IMG/VR virus record: IMGVR_UViG_3300034683_000273 | Direction: 5' to 3' (one strand) | DNA length: 64,000 nt | Source of the DNA: an uncultured virus (IMG/VR IMGVR_UViG_3300034683_000273) | Lineage: Duplodnaviria > Heunggongvirae > Uroviricota > Caudoviricetes | Shown here: piece after piece, positions 37,878 through 48,884 of the stretch | Layout of the letters: each line of letters begins with the position of its first letter | Numbering within the stretch: the stretch's first letter is position 1 | Notes under the pieces: model-generated | Told to the model about the DNA's origin: nothing | What the model saw: the letters and a program-made list of their open reading frames with translations, nothing else | Database searches by the model: none | Program-made: the position numbers and the translations under genes

Positions 37878-39569
37878 TTATCCAAGCAGCTGACGAATTT
37901 TTGCCGTTAGCAGTTCCTTACGCTTTTCGTAGAACTCTTCGAAATTTTCCAATTCGAGAGAAACACCATCCGGGATAAGAGCCTCTTTGTGGAACACCGC
38001 CTTCTGCTCATCATTCATATCGTTATAGTAATCCACAAGACGCATAGCATTCTTGCTGCTGTTACTTCTGCCCTCCAGAAGCTGAAGGTTTGGCAAGCGG
38101 TTTCTGTTGCCACGCCATCTGCGCCAATCATCCATAGATACGGAAATCGGCTTTGTACTGTCAAATCTGTCATAAGGGTGCAGATGGTCTTGCTCATATT
38201 TGAAGTTTTTGTTTATCCAATCAAGACCCAAGAAGTAGAGTGCCTCACCCGCAACACGGCTTCCTTTTTCAGAATTGATAATATCATCAATTTTGCCATC
38301 GGTTACACGCAGGTCATTCATCTGCTCAAGCATATCCACTGTGATTTCATATTCGTTATCATTGATATTGCTCTTCATCTGCTGAAGCTTACTTGTAGTT
38401 CCGGATTGGAAATAGGTGAACAGAACCGCTCTAATCAAGTAGGCTCTGATGCCATCCAGGTTGTTTGCATAATCCGGGTTGTAATACATGAAATAGATAA
38501 TAGGTAACAGCACGTTCCAACTGCTTGAAAAACGGCTGACTTCAATTTTCATATCCTTCAGAAAGGATTCCAGGTTCTTAAGGGTCTTCTTGAAATCCTG
38601 CCAGTTGTTTTTGAGGTCTTCTGCAATCTGCTTATTGATATTGGATTTTACAACATCACCATAAAGCATAAGGGCAGAACGAACGATAAAATCAGAACCA
38701 AATCCGGCATAGGAATCTACGAGCAGTCTTCCGAACTCTGTTTTTGCATTAGGCCAATATGCCTCCAAAATGGACATAGTAATTTCGTGCTTTTTCAAAG
38801 CCTTACCACCGCTGTTGAAACGGACAAACATTTCCAGAGCATCGTCCTGTTTCATATCCTGGATTTCTGTATAGCGGATTAACTTTTCCACAAAAATCTT
38901 GTTATACAGTTTATTGAGGATATCACGAGCATACTCTTTGCTGTCAGCCGGAACATTGGCAATGGCAGACTCGATGGCTTGTTCTCTTGTATTATCATCA
39001 CGGAATTTATCACTGAGAATTTCACGGATTTCAAACTGTGTAGGACTCAGTTTGCCTACCTTCTCAGTAAACTTGATGTCATATTTTTTACTGTTATATT
39101 CTTCCTCGTCAACGGTCAGTTTGTGCTTATTCAGTTCGATAAGCAATTTTACAACCGTGCCACCGACCATCTTTTTTCTTGCGTGTTTTTGTCTGATATA
39201 GGCACGTCCGAAAAGGGATAGAAACAGAGAGGTAAGTCTCTGCTGCCCATCCAGGACTGCCGTATCAGTCATCTTAACATCGATATTGCTTAATTCATAA
39301 TTTACGCTGTCAGCCTGTTTTCTGCTATCAAAGGTAACCTCAGACAGGAAATTACAGAAATAGGTGTCCCAGCTCACATTGTCATCATCTACGTGCCAGA
39401 ACAGAAAAGTGGCGATAGGATAATCCAAAAGAATGGAGTCCCACAGTTTTTCAATCTGTTCCATGCTCCACACATACTGTCTTTGGAATGCAGGCATAAC
39501 ATATTTTCCGTCTTTGATATGCTCAAGAGCCTCATAAATCGTAATGCTGCTATCAATTAAAACGCTCAT
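37878..39569 (-). CDS. GmrSD-like DUF262 + C-terminal HNH-like (DUF1524) protein
   Basis: PAFQRQYVW, LDGQQRLT, F.RFNSGG, DHLHP, NLQLL..N.SK. Confidence 0.9.
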   Translation of the reverse strand: MSVLIDSSITIYEALEHIKDGKYVMPAFQRQYVWSMEQIEKLWDSILLDYPIATFLFWHVDDDNVSWDTYFCNFLSEVTFDSRKQADSVNYELSNIDVKMTDTAVLDGQQRLTSLFLSLFGRAYIRQKHARKKMVGGTVVKLLIELNKHKLTVDEEEYNSKKYDIKFTEKVGKLSPTQFEIREILSDKFRDDNTREQAIESAIANVPADSKEYARDILNKLYNKIFVEKLIRYTEIQDMKQDDALEMFVRFNSGGKALKKHEITMSILEAYWPNAKTEFGRLLVDSYAGFGSDFIVRSALMLYGDVVKSNINKQIAEDLKNNWQDFKKTLKNLESFLKDMKIEVSRFSSSWNVLLPIIYFMYYNPDYANNLDGIRAYLIRAVLFTYFQSGTTSKLQQMKSNINDNEYEITVDMLEQMNDLRVTDGKIDDIINSEKGSRVAGEALYFLGLDWINKNFKYEQDHLHPYDRFDSTKPISVSMDDWRRWRGNRNRLPNLQLLEGRSNSSKNAMRLVDYYNDMNDEQKAVFHKEALIPDGVSLELENFEEFYEKRKELLTAKIRQLLG

Positions 39570-39571
39570 CG

Positions 39572-40108
39572 TTATGCCTCCTCTACATAAAAACTGTTCT
39601 TATATTTCATAAGGGTTTCTTCTACTTCATCCCAGATCCAAACTCTGTCACCGTCATCCTCAAAAACTTTACCATGAGATTTAGGACCGTCCAGTTTCAT
39701 CTGTGAATAGTTGTTTTTGAAAGTAGGAACATACAAATCCGGGCGTTCTTTATCACTGCACAAACGCTCCATCATCGGCAGGGTTGCTTCTCCTGCGATA
39801 TGCTCTGCCATAAAATAGGCTTTGATTATCTTATGATTATACTGGCTTGGCTTTAACGCCCACATCGGTATACGCTGAATTGCCTTACCGTAAAAATCTT
39901 TATCCGCACTATCGGATACCCTTGTTGCCTTCGGTGTATATTCCTTCGATACATTTCCGAAAGCCTGGGCGATATACCAACGAAGGCACGAATCTGCAGC
40001 CTCGTCAGATGTTTCACCGGAAAGATTAAGCGCCATATTAAATTTATCAAACACATCTGCGTCTACATTAAAAGATATACTTTTTCTCATCGAATAACCT
40101 CCGTTCAT
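39572..40108 (-). CDS. Hypothetical protein with RHH-like N-terminus
   Basis: ISFNVD.DV..KF start; first gene after consensus promoter. Confidence 0.6.
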   Translation of the reverse strand: MNGGYSMRKSISFNVDADVFDKFNMALNLSGETSDEAADSCLRWYIAQAFGNVSKEYTPKATRVSDSADKDFYGKAIQRIPMWALKPSQYNHKIIKAYFMAEHIAGEATLPMMERLCSDKERPDLYVPTFKNNYSQMKLDGPKSHGKVFEDDGDRVWIWDEVEETLMKYKNSFYVEEA

Positions 40109-40127
40109 TTACACTTTAACATCATAT

Positions 40128-40156
40128 ATTATACTGCAAATTAGTACTTTTGTCAA
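40128..40156 (-). promoter_or_regulatory. Consensus sigma-A promoter of cargo operon
   Basis: TTGACA-17-TATAAT. Confidence 0.85.
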
Positions 40157-40189
40157 TACTCACAGACAAATTGACATAGTTTCATCAAG

Positions 40190-40220
40190 CAGAAAACACC
40201 CTGCATTTCTGCAAGGTGCT
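40190..40220 (-). terminator. Terminator after recombinase operon
   Basis: gcaccttgca-gaaa-tgcagggtgttttc. Confidence 0.75.
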
Positions 40221-40239
40221 AACTGTAGGGAATATTTCT

Positions 40240-41811
40240 TTATCTTCTTACATCCAGGCTTGTGCCGGATTTGAACTCCACCGTAACCTTTTCATCGTAG
40301 ACCGTTATTTTCTCAATCAGTCTGCGTACCAACTGCTCATCGTATTCGGTAATGTTCTGTGTCTGCTCTGCAAGGAACTGCTGCATTTCGCTGATTCGCT
40401 GTTTTATACCTTCTCGTTCAGCACCCTCCACCAGGGCATTCTGCCTTTTCTCACGAAGGTGGTAAATCTCATCTGCGATGCTGTCATAGTTGCCTTTGGT
40501 ATTTGCTACCTTGAGCAGTTCCTTTTGCAGTTCTTCCAAACGGCTGTCAATCTCATCAAGGGGAATGCCGTCTGCACCGGAAAGCACCGACTCCACATTT
40601 TTCTGTAAGGTTTCGTTCACTGTATCCCTTCTGGCAAGTGTCCTGTTGATTGCTCTTATCACAAGGCTTTGAAGTTCAGACTCGTGGATGGCATCGGCAT
40701 CGCAGGTTCCGGGACCTTCCTCCATTCTGGTGCAGCATCGCCATACCACGGATTGCTTTCCTCTGTTGTTCCAGACCACCCTTCGGAAAATCTCCCCGCA
40801 CTTGGAGCAGTACACAATACTGGAAAGTGCGTACTTGCTGCTATAAACACGCTTTTTTCGATTCTTCCCGCTGTGGAGGTTGGCACGTCTTATCATTTCT
40901 TCCTGCACCTGCATATAAAGGTCACGGGGGATAATGGCTTCATGGCTGTTTTCCACATAGTATTGTGGCACCAAGCCATTATTCGGTACACGCTTCTTTT
41001 CCAAAAAGTCCACCGTATAGGTCTTCTGAAGAAGGGCATCACCGATGTATTTTTCGTTTTTTAAGATTTTCTGCAGGGTTTCCGCTCTCCATTTGGTCTT
41101 TCCGGCACCCGTTAAAATGCCGTCAGCCTCTAAGCCTCTGCCAATCTGCTGCAAACTTGCACCCTCAAGGTATTCTCTGAAAATGCGTCTGACCACTACC
41201 GCCTCATCAGGGTCAACAATCAACTGCCCCTTTTCGTCCTTGGTAAAGCCAAGGAAACGGTTGTGGTTCACTGTAATCTGCCCCTGTTGGTATCGGTACT
41301 GAAAACCCAACTTTACATTTTGCGAAAGGGACTGGCTTTCCTGCTGTGCAAGGCTCGCCATAATGGTAAGCAGAACCTCACCCTTGGCATCCATCGTGTT
41401 GATATTTTCCTTCTCAAAATACACGGGGATGTTCTTTTCCTTAAGCTGCCTAATGTATTTCAGGCAGTCAAGGGTGTTTCTTGCGAATCGGCTGATGGAC
41501 TTGGTAACAATCATGTCGATGTTTCCTTCCATAGCCTCATCAATCATACGATTGAACTCCTCACGCTTTTTGGTGTTCGTGCCGGATATTCCATCGTCAG
41601 CAAATATTCCTGCAAACTCCCATTCACGGTTCTTACGGATATAATCGGTGTAATGCTCCACCTGTGCCTCGTAACTGGTAGCCTGCTCATCACTGTCCGT
41701 AGAAACACGGCAATAGGCAGCCACACGTAGTTTTGGTATTTCATTTTCCTTTGCCGTATTGCCGACACGTTTTCGTGCCGGAATTACGGTAATATTCTTA
41801 GTCTGTGCCAT
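40240..41811 (-). CDS. Large serine recombinase
   Basis: [18 protein letters not shown], zinc ribbon, coiled coil. Confidence 0.95.
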   Translation of the reverse strand: MAQTKNITVIPARKRVGNTAKENEIPKLRVAAYCRVSTDSDEQATSYEAQVEHYTDYIRKNREWEFAGIFADDGISGTNTKKREEFNRMIDEAMEGNIDMIVTKSISRFARNTLDCLKYIRQLKEKNIPVYFEKENINTMDAKGEVLLTIMASLAQQESQSLSQNVKLGFQYRYQQGQITVNHNRFLGFTKDEKGQLIVDPDEAVVVRRIFREYLEGASLQQIGRGLEADGILTGAGKTKWRAETLQKILKNEKYIGDALLQKTYTVDFLEKKRVPNNGLVPQYYVENSHEAIIPRDLYMQVQEEMIRRANLHSGKNRKKRVYSSKYALSSIVYCSKCGEIFRRVVWNNRGKQSVVWRCCTRMEEGPGTCDADAIHESELQSLVIRAINRTLARRDTVNETLQKNVESVLSGADGIPLDEIDSRLEELQKELLKVANTKGNYDSIADEIYHLREKRQNALVEGAEREGIKQRISEMQQFLAEQTQNITEYDEQLVRRLIEKITVYDEKVTVEFKSGTSLDVRR

Positions 41812-42232
41812 TTATCTCAACCTCACTTTCTATCAGACTGTAGGCGTATTCGGCTTGCTCAAAAGGGTCATAACAAACCTTTTTCTGCTTTCCTATTGTA
41901 AAATGCAGGGGGACGGCAGGACTCGTGGCAGGAGCCAATTCTCTGACCCTGCCAAGCTGTCCGGCTCGTGCCTGGCGTTGCTCTTCTGCTTTGTCGAATA
42001 ATTCCCGATCTATGATGGCAGGGTAATAATCATCCCCAAGGTAATGGGTATTGCGAAGCATTCGTCCGGCACTGCCGTGAAATAACTTCAAGCCTACCGT
42101 TTCGGCTGCCACCATCAATGCCTTACCGGAAATGTATTCATTGAAAAAGGCTCTGACCTGTTCTGCCTGGGATTCATCCACCACTGCTTTTCCATCCTCG
42201 ATGCGGTATCCGTAGGGAATATGTGCTGTCAT
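41798..42232 (-). CDS. Small recombinase-domain protein
   Basis: [16 protein letters not shown] without catalytic domain. Confidence 0.85.
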   Translation of the reverse strand: MTAHIPYGYRIEDGKAVVDESQAEQVRAFFNEYISGKALMVAAETVGLKLFHGSAGRMLRNTHYLGDDYYPAIIDRELFDKAEEQRQARAGQLGRVRELAPATSPAVPLHFTIGKQKKVCYDPFEQAEYAYSLIESEVEINGTD

Positions 42233-43798
42233 TTACACCACCAACCTTTCCTTTAAATTCAATCCACTTTTCAAATGGAACACTATCTGCTGCCTTGTTT
42301 CCACTGTAATGCTTTCCACAAATGCAAGGAACTTCTCATCCTCAAAGGCGGTCAGCATCTCTCCCTTGGAAGTGAATGCCATCAGATTTTGCAGTTCCTT
42401 CATTCTGACCTTATCGCCGCCAACGAAACTAACCAAATTCTCTTTTTCCGCCCGTAGCTGTTGCTCCTCCGCTATAAGGGCATTGTTTTCTCTGTTGAAA
42501 ACGGCAGGCTCCAAGACCCCAGTTGCCATAAGATTGGTAAGAATCTGCTTTCTGTCGGCGTTTGCTTCGATGCGGATTTCCAATTCCTGAATCCGCAGAA
42601 GTCTGTCCTTATCATCCATCCCTCGCAAGGTACGAAGGAGTGGTTTCAAAATCGTGTTGTGACCGTAGACCAGTTTGTTCATCATGGTCAAGAATGCAAG
42701 TTTAATGCCCTCATCGGAAATATAGAGCATGGAACAATCCGCCTTGCTTTCCAAGTGCGTTGAACAAGTCCACGCCACATAATTTCCGCTCGGCTTGTAG
42801 TGTTGCCTACGCTTAAAGGTGCCGCCACACTCACCGCATTTAATAATGCCGGAGAAACAATATCTGTTTTGATATCGGTAGGTGTCTGTGCCGTTTCCTT
42901 TTTCCATTGCCCTTTGGTCGAGAACCGCACGGACTTTGTCAAAATCCTCATGGCTGATAATCGGCTCATGGTGGTTTTCGCAAAGAAACTTGTCTCTCTC
43001 GCCGTAGTTTCGATGGCGGTTGAAACTGCTGTCACTATAGGTTTTTTGAAAAATCACATCACCCGTATATTTTTCGTTGGTCAGAATACCGTTTACTGAC
43101 CCGGCACCCCATTTTCCGTTTTTCTTGGTGCGAACCCCTCTTTCATTCAGTTCCTTTGCAATTGCGTGGGTACTCTTACCAACAAGGCAGGCTGCAAAGA
43201 TTTCTTTTACGATTTCTGCCTGCTCCGGTATGACTTTCATCTCACCATCTACATTTTCATAACCGTAAGGGGGATAGGCGATAATGAAGGTGCCGTTTTC
43301 AAAGCGTTTTCTGATACTCCATTTTTCATTTTCGGAAATGGAAACCGACTCGCTTTCCGCAAGGCTGCTCAAAATGGAAAGCATCAACTCGCTTTCCATC
43401 GACCCCGTGTTTATATTTTCCTTTTCAAAATAAATGGAAATGCCCAGGTCGGTCAGACTTCGTACCATCTCCAGGCAGTCCGTTGTATTTCGGGCAAATC
43501 GGCTGATGGACTTGGTTATGATAAACTCAATCTTGCCATCCTCACAATCATCAATCATGGAAAGAAGTCCGGCACGGCCGTCTTTCTTAGTACCTGTGAT
43601 GCCCTCGTCATAGTAAAGGCCTACATACTCCCATTCGTCATTAGCACGGATGTATTCTTCGTAGTGGGCCTTTTGTGCCTCAAGGCTAATAATCTGCTCA
43701 TCACTTGCCGTAGACACACGGCAGTAGGCGGCAACCTTAATCTTTTTCTTCTGTAACGGGGTCTCGTTTACCCCGATTTTTGTTATCCTTTTCATCAA
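42233..43798 (-). CDS. Large serine recombinase
   Basis: [23 protein letters not shown] zinc ribbon. Confidence 0.95.
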   Translation of the reverse strand: MMKRITKIGVNETPLQKKKIKVAAYCRVSTASDEQIISLEAQKAHYEEYIRANDEWEYVGLYYDEGITGTKKDGRAGLLSMIDDCEDGKIEFIITKSISRFARNTTDCLEMVRSLTDLGISIYFEKENINTGSMESELMLSILSSLAESESVSISENEKWSIRKRFENGTFIIAYPPYGYENVDGEMKVIPEQAEIVKEIFAACLVGKSTHAIAKELNERGVRTKKNGKWGAGSVNGILTNEKYTGDVIFQKTYSDSSFNRHRNYGERDKFLCENHHEPIISHEDFDKVRAVLDQRAMEKGNGTDTYRYQNRYCFSGIIKCGECGGTFKRRQHYKPSGNYVAWTCSTHLESKADCSMLYISDEGIKLAFLTMMNKLVYGHNTILKPLLRTLRGMDDKDRLLRIQELEIRIEANADRKQILTNLMATGVLEPAVFNRENNALIAEEQQLRAEKENLVSFVGGDKVRMKELQNLMAFTSKGEMLTAFEDEKFLAFVESITVETRQQIVFHLKSGLNLKERLVV

Positions 43799-43856
43799 CT
43801 CACCTCACTTTTTGGTAGTGACATATTCCCGTACTATTGCAGAAATAGCAAGTCAT

Positions 43857-44087
43857 TTAGGGCATAATCTCTGCCAAAAACGGGGAGAAAGTTTTCCGAT
43901 TCCGTGCCGTGATTTTGTTGAATTCATCCACAGAAATCATTCCGAACATGAACATGGTTTCAAGCATCTGCTGTGCCCTGTAAAAGTCATATTCCTGCTG
44001 CAATTCTTCCTGGGTGATTTTATGTGCTACGGCATTCGGTATTTGAAAATTCTCGATTCTTTGTACTTGCACTTGTCTTTCCTCCAA
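43857..44087 (-). CDS. SHOCT-like small protein
   Basis: GMIS.DEFNKI...NR.TFSP pattern; upstream of recombinases. Confidence 0.7.
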   Translation of the reverse strand: MEERQVQVQRIENFQIPNAVAHKITQEELQQEYDFYRAQQMLETMFMFGMISVDEFNKITARNRKTFSPFLAEIMP

Positions 44088-44164
44088 TCTTGGGGGAACG
44101 GTGGAAATGTTCCCCTCTGCCTATATGCGAAAAGACAGGATAAATCGAACCCCTCAAAGGCAAA

Positions 44165-44203
44165 AAAATAATGCCCTTCAAGGAAAAATCCTCAAAGGGC
44201 ATC
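44165..44203 (-). terminator. Terminator after lysin
   Basis: atgccctt/aagggcat inverted repeat plus U tract. Confidence 0.7.
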
Positions 44204-44206
44204 GTT

Positions 44207-45151
44207 TTAGTTCGGAATCTTGAGTTTCCAACCGCTATAAATCACATTGGAAGAAAATCCGTTCAGTGTTTTGATTTCGGTGTATCTGCTGCCTTTGCCG
44301 AGATACTTCACGGCAATATCCCAAAGGGTATCGCCCTTCACAACCGTATGGATGCGATAATCCGGCTCGGCTGTGCTGTCGGCAGGATAAATGGCAGTGC
44401 CGTCATTGGCAAAAACAAAAGTGCCAGGGTTCTTATCTGCCGCCGCCTTTGCATTGGAGAGAATACGGTAAGCACCCACCTGGGACTTGCTATCCTTCCA
44501 AGTCTTACGCACACGGTAATAACCCGTAGTCAGCTTTTCGGGATAAGTCACCGTAGGCTCCGCAGGGGTTTCGGTTTCCTCCTCATCGGCAGTCGCCAAG
44601 AGTGCCTTGACCTCGGCACGGAAGGTATCCATGCTCTTGCCGTGCTTTGGAAACCAGTGCATCACATCACCGTGGTTGGATGCCACGCCCTGCTTGTAGC
44701 CTTCGGAGTGGCAGATGATGTTCTGCTCCGTCAAACCGTACTCTTTGCAAAGGTAGGCACATAATTCAACGGCCTCACGGTACACCTTCTTAAAATATGC
44801 ATAATCCGCAAGACCGTCCTCGCAAATTTCAAATCCGATATGGGTGTTGTTTGCACTGCCTCCGGCGTGCCATCCACGATGATTCCAAGGGAGCGTCTGA
44901 TAAGTGGCAATCGTACCGTCAGCCAGCTTGCCGATAAAGGCATGAACACAGACTTCTCTGCCGCCGGGATGATAGGTGTTCCAATGGTTGCCGTACTGGT
45001 TTTTGCCGAGCAAACCATCATCAGGGCCCACATAGCGTTTGAGGTTAGGGTTATTGGCACCCGTGGAATGAACCATGATGCCCTTAACCGTAATTTTTCT
45101 ACCCGCCTTGTAGCAGGCATTTTCCGTTAAAATAAGTTTGTGTAAATTCAT
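44207..45151 (-). CDS. Endolysin: amidase_2 + LysM (start likely MNLHKL)
   Basis: HSTG, WHAGG, FEICED, H.D; C-terminal HTVVKGDTLWDIA. Confidence 0.9.
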   Translation of the reverse strand: MNLHKLILTENACYKAGRKITVKGIMVHSTGANNPNLKRYVGPDDGLLGKNQYGNHWNTYHPGGREVCVHAFIGKLADGTIATYQTLPWNHRGWHAGGSANNTHIGFEICEDGLADYAYFKKVYREAVELCAYLCKEYGLTEQNIICHSEGYKQGVASNHGDVMHWFPKHGKSMDTFRAEVKALLATADEEETETPAEPTVTYPEKLTTGYYRVRKTWKDSKSQVGAYRILSNAKAAADKNPGTFVFANDGTAIYPADSTAEPDYRIHTVVKGDTLWDIAVKYLGKGSRYTEIKTLNGFSSNVIYSGWKLKIPN

Positions 45152-45152
45152 G

Positions 45153-45572
45153 TTACTTGCCCTCGCTTTCCTTATTATCGCGGTCATGGAGCTGCTCCAG
45201 GATATCCTTCATCTTCTCCGGAATCGGCAAACCAAGGTGGGATGCGTTTTCCAAAAGGCTGACGCCCTCATTGGAGATGTAGAAGAAAATAACCGCCGTT
45301 CTCAGTACACTGCCGTCACCGATGACATTGATATCCAGGACATGGGCAATGCCGACCATCGCAAAAATCAACACTTTTCGACAAATGCCCTTAAATCCGA
45401 CCGAACTGGAAAGGTTCTTGTCCACCACAGCACACATGACTCCCGTGATGTAATCCACAACCACGAAAACAATCAGTGCATAAAGCAGACCGTCAAACCC
45501 ACCGAGAAACCAGCCGAGCCAACCACCGATGGCGGCAAAGATGATTTGAATGGTGTTCCATAAATCCTTCAT
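45153..45572 (-). CDS. Holin (phage holin 4_1), start likely MKDLWN
   Basis: LGGFDG..DYITG..LSS.VGFKG..NEGVSLLEN. Confidence 0.9.
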   Translation of the reverse strand: MKDLWNTIQIIFAAIGGWLGWFLGGFDGLLYALIVFVVVDYITGVMCAVVDKNLSSSVGFKGICRKVLIFAMVGIAHVLDINVIGDGSVLRTAVIFFYISNEGVSLLENASHLGLPIPEKMKDILEQLHDRDNKESEGK

Positions 45573-45647
45573 AGTAAAATCCTCGCTTTCTAAATTTTTT
45601 GTATGCAAAAGGGGCACCCACCACATGGCAGATACCCCTTAAAGCCG

Positions 45648-48122
45648 TTATTCAGTTTGTTTGGGCAGCCACTCCCAAACTCGCATATCCTCCTGTCCAA
45701 GGGACCACATACACATCCCTCGCAGTTTCCATCGGTATGCCGCCTGGTTCGCCCAATAGATCAGGCTGTCCACATCCTGGTAATACAGAATGGAAAAGCC
45801 GTCCGAGTCCCCAAGGAACAATCGTGAAATCCAAATGTTAATATCCCTTGGTATGATTTTTGCCGTGTAGTCATTCCCGCACTCAAGTGGCATGATGTGG
45901 GAATGGTAGAACTCATAGTCCAGGGAGATGCTTTCGCTCCTGGTGGACGATTCCTCCACATCGGAAGTCAGCGTAAACACCTGAAACTCCTCATCCCATG
46001 TACAGTTGCTACGCTCAATTCTGCCAAAGGAAGTCTCCGTTCCGTCCGGCATTACCACATCGAACCTCTCATACGGCTCATACGTCCAGGCATCACCCAA
46101 ACGGAGCAGTTGGCAGTTGATTTGGTTATCGGAGCGGATGCCTGCATAACCGCTGACATCGCTGACCGTTGCCGTGAATCGGAGTGTGTTGGATGCCGAG
46201 GAATAGACCCTCACGGTATTTCCACGCTTACGCATTTCAATGGTGTAAACATTGGGATTGGTACGAAGGTCAGCCTTTGCGGTTTTGGAGAAATTCGTAG
46301 CATAGCTACCTTTGAGCGTTGACCCCTCATACAGTTCGATGCACTGGCTGTCATAATTGAAACAGCAAAACAGCGAACCGAGGAACACACCCGCTTTGCC
46401 GCCACCGTTTTCCGGGAAGATAATCTGCGCCCTTAAATGGATATCGGAAAAACCGTTGTAATTCCATGCAAGCTGACCGTACCCCTCAAGCTGTGAATAA
46501 GGTCTGCTTGTATCGCCGTAAGGCAAATCCTTCTGCCACACATCCCACTCACCGGAGAGAACCATCCAGTAACTTTCCGGAATTTTCTGCTCATCACGGA
46601 AATCCTCATACCAAACCAATGCCGAGTCCGGCTTTCTGCGTAGCATTTCGAGAGTCAACTTGAACCCTGTGGCGGGGCCTACCATATTGCCGTTGACATC
46701 TTTGAATTTACGAGGAGCAAGGGTGTATTCCGCTTGCCCCGCAGTCGGTTCTTCCGAAAAATCGGTACAGACACGGAAACCATAAAACTGCACACCGTTG
46801 ACACCAACCGAAATGGTCAGCGTATGCTCTCCGGCAGCAAGGCTCACACCCTTGGCAAGTGTCGCCCAAAAGGTAGTCCTCCAATACGGCCACCACAGCC
46901 TGTCCTCGGAAAAGTGAACCGTGCTGCCGTCCAACGATGCGTAAATGCTGTTTTTATCCCAAAACGGATAGCACAGGCGAATGGCAACATCGTAGGTGCC
47001 GTCTTCATCAATAGTAAAGTTGTAGGTGGCAGTACCTTCATCGCCCAGCGTGACCAATGTTTCAGATACAGAAACCACACCGCCGTAACTGTCCGGCTCG
47101 GCATTGTGGTCGATGATAATATCTCCAAACTCGGTCTTTTGCTGTTTGGCATAAGCGGTCAGATAGCGTCTGCGGTTATACACTTCTGCCATCTGCGGAT
47201 ATTCCTTATAAACGGCATCTCTGCCTTCCATATAGTCGTACACATGAGGCAATGCCCACGGTCCCATATCGTAGTCATCCCAATAGGAAACGATAGGGAT
47301 GAACGGCTGCGGAGGTGCATCGTCCGTAAAGTTATACAGACCCTGCATCCAGTATTTCGCAGCATAATAGGTGTGAGAAGTTCCTCTATAATACTTGCCC
47401 AGGTTCTCCGGGGTATCGTATATCTGCCAGTTCCATCCGTAGGCAGGCATACCGAGGAATACTTTGTCGGGGTTCATCACCTGGGTAGCATAATCGTAAA
47501 TACCCTCAAGCCAACTCCTCGGAGAAACGGGACCCGGTGCAGAACCCGCCCAAGCCATACCGTAACTCATGATGGATGCCGTATCGCAGTATTGGTCGAG
47601 GTCACCATATACGCACCAGTTCTCACCACCGACCGAACCGTTGACGGAAGTCATACCCGGCAGGCAGATATTCATCTCCTTGGTGGGGTCATAGGCTTTG
47701 ACGGTTTCGTAGATATGCTTGAACATTGCCGTAGACGCTTCGTGAGTGGAATACCCATCGCCTTTTTCAAGGTCAATATCCACACCGTTACACCAGGGGT
47801 ATTTCTCCATGATACGGATAAGTTCCGAGCAGAAGGTATCCTGTGCACCGTCCGTGTTATCTCGCAGAGCCTTAAAAATAGAATTGCCGCCATCGTTGGC
47901 AACCGTTAAGAGCCATCGGATGTGCGGCCATTTTTCAATATAGGTCATCATACTGCTGATGCTGACACCGCTTTCGGTGATAACACCCGTCTTACCGACC
48001 TTAAAGGAGAACAGACCGATGGTATCAATGCGGTCACCGTAATCACGGAGTGCCTCATACATACGGGCATTGCCCATAAACGTCCACACCATGATTCGTT
48101 TGCCTTTTAATTTATCCCTCAA
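45648..48122 (-). CDS. GH18 glycoside hydrolase with inserted carbohydrate-binding domains
   Basis: GVDIDLE (DxDxE), IMSY, LGMPAYG, terminal WSLGQED. Confidence 0.85.
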   Translation of the reverse strand: MRDKLKGKRIMVWTFMGNARMYEALRDYGDRIDTIGLFSFKVGKTGVITESGVSISSMMTYIEKWPHIRWLLTVANDGGNSIFKALRDNTDGAQDTFCSELIRIMEKYPWCNGVDIDLEKGDGYSTHEASTAMFKHIYETVKAYDPTKEMNICLPGMTSVNGSVGGENWCVYGDLDQYCDTASIMSYGMAWAGSAPGPVSPRSWLEGIYDYATQVMNPDKVFLGMPAYGWNWQIYDTPENLGKYYRGTSHTYYAAKYWMQGLYNFTDDAPPQPFIPIVSYWDDYDMGPWALPHVYDYMEGRDAVYKEYPQMAEVYNRRRYLTAYAKQQKTEFGDIIIDHNAEPDSYGGVVSVSETLVTLGDEGTATYNFTIDEDGTYDVAIRLCYPFWDKNSIYASLDGSTVHFSEDRLWWPYWRTTFWATLAKGVSLAAGEHTLTISVGVNGVQFYGFRVCTDFSEEPTAGQAEYTLAPRKFKDVNGNMVGPATGFKLTLEMLRRKPDSALVWYEDFRDEQKIPESYWMVLSGEWDVWQKDLPYGDTSRPYSQLEGYGQLAWNYNGFSDIHLRAQIIFPENGGGKAGVFLGSLFCCFNYDSQCIELYEGSTLKGSYATNFSKTAKADLRTNPNVYTIEMRKRGNTVRVYSSASNTLRFTATVSDVSGYAGIRSDNQINCQLLRLGDAWTYEPYERFDVVMPDGTETSFGRIERSNCTWDEEFQVFTLTSDVEESSTRSESISLDYEFYHSHIMPLECGNDYTAKIIPRDINIWISRLFLGDSDGFSILYYQDVDSLIYWANQAAYRWKLRGMCMWSLGQEDMRVWEWLPKQTE

Positions 48123-48685
48123 ATCGACAGACCTCCATCCGTCATCTGCTGCAATTCAAAAAGCACCCTGGCAGACTTGCCGTCCTCCAAGGTGACCATA
48201 TGCTTGGAATCCCAAGCGGCACTGTATTGATAAAAACCCTCTTTCGGCTCAGTTACACCGTTCTTGGTGCATTCTCTGACAGAAGCCAAAAGTGCAAGGT
48301 CATCCTCGGCGGCGAGGGCATTTGGAAAAACAACTCTCTGACCACCGACACCCTGGGCAAGCTGCACCGAGCCTGCCGCCATATCGGATTTGGGATAAAT
48401 GTGGACATCCAAACCGCCGGATGTATCACCCACATTGCAGATGATGACCGTTTCCTTTGAGCGAACCACACCGTTGAACCATACCTTAGAATCTTCCGTA
48501 AGTCTACTCTCGGTGTGAGGAACATAGCCAGTCAGTGCCGGTCCCTCTTGCAGCATAAGGTCGGTAAACCAAATTGTGCCGGAGCAGTTGGTAAGGGTAG
48601 GTTTTACCGTAACGCTCACAACACGCATATCTTGTTTCTTGTTTATGACCTCTGCCAAACGGATAAAAACGGGATTAGCCATCAA
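48119..48685 (-). CDS. Tail-associated protein
   Basis: N-terminus paralogous to 48675-48884; position. Confidence 0.6.
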   Translation of the reverse strand: MMANPVFIRLAEVINKKQDMRVVSVTVKPTLTNCSGTIWFTDLMLQEGPALTGYVPHTESRLTEDSKVWFNGVVRSKETVIICNVGDTSGGLDVHIYPKSDMAAGSVQLAQGVGGQRVVFPNALAAEDDLALLASVRECTKNGVTEPKEGFYQYSAAWDSKHMVTLEDGKSARVLFELQQMTDGGLSI

Positions 48686-48884
48686 GCACCCATTTCATCT
48701 CACAGGGATGACCTACCCATCCCGTGGCTACAGAACCCGGCTGCAGCAAGAGGTCTGTGATATATAAAGTGCCTGTGCAGTTGGTAATGCACACACGCAC
48801 CGTAATGGATTTGACTTTGGAGGAATATCCGCTTGGGATAATCTTTTCCTGTGTTTTAGAAAAATAAGCCATAGACACCTCCAT
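48675..48884 (-). CDS. Small tail-associated protein
   Basis: GGAGGT RBS before MAYF; NCTGTLYITDLLLQPG..TGW. Confidence 0.6.
   Translation of the reverse strand: MEVSMAYFSKTQEKIIPSGYSSKVKSITVRVCITNCTGTLYITDLLLQPGSVATGWVGHPCEMKWVLDG

Noticed and set aside
46734..47909. 391-aa plus-strand ORF and the many other antisense ORFs across 38000-64000
   Set aside because: Shadow frames opposite well-supported phage genes, with no recognisable motifs
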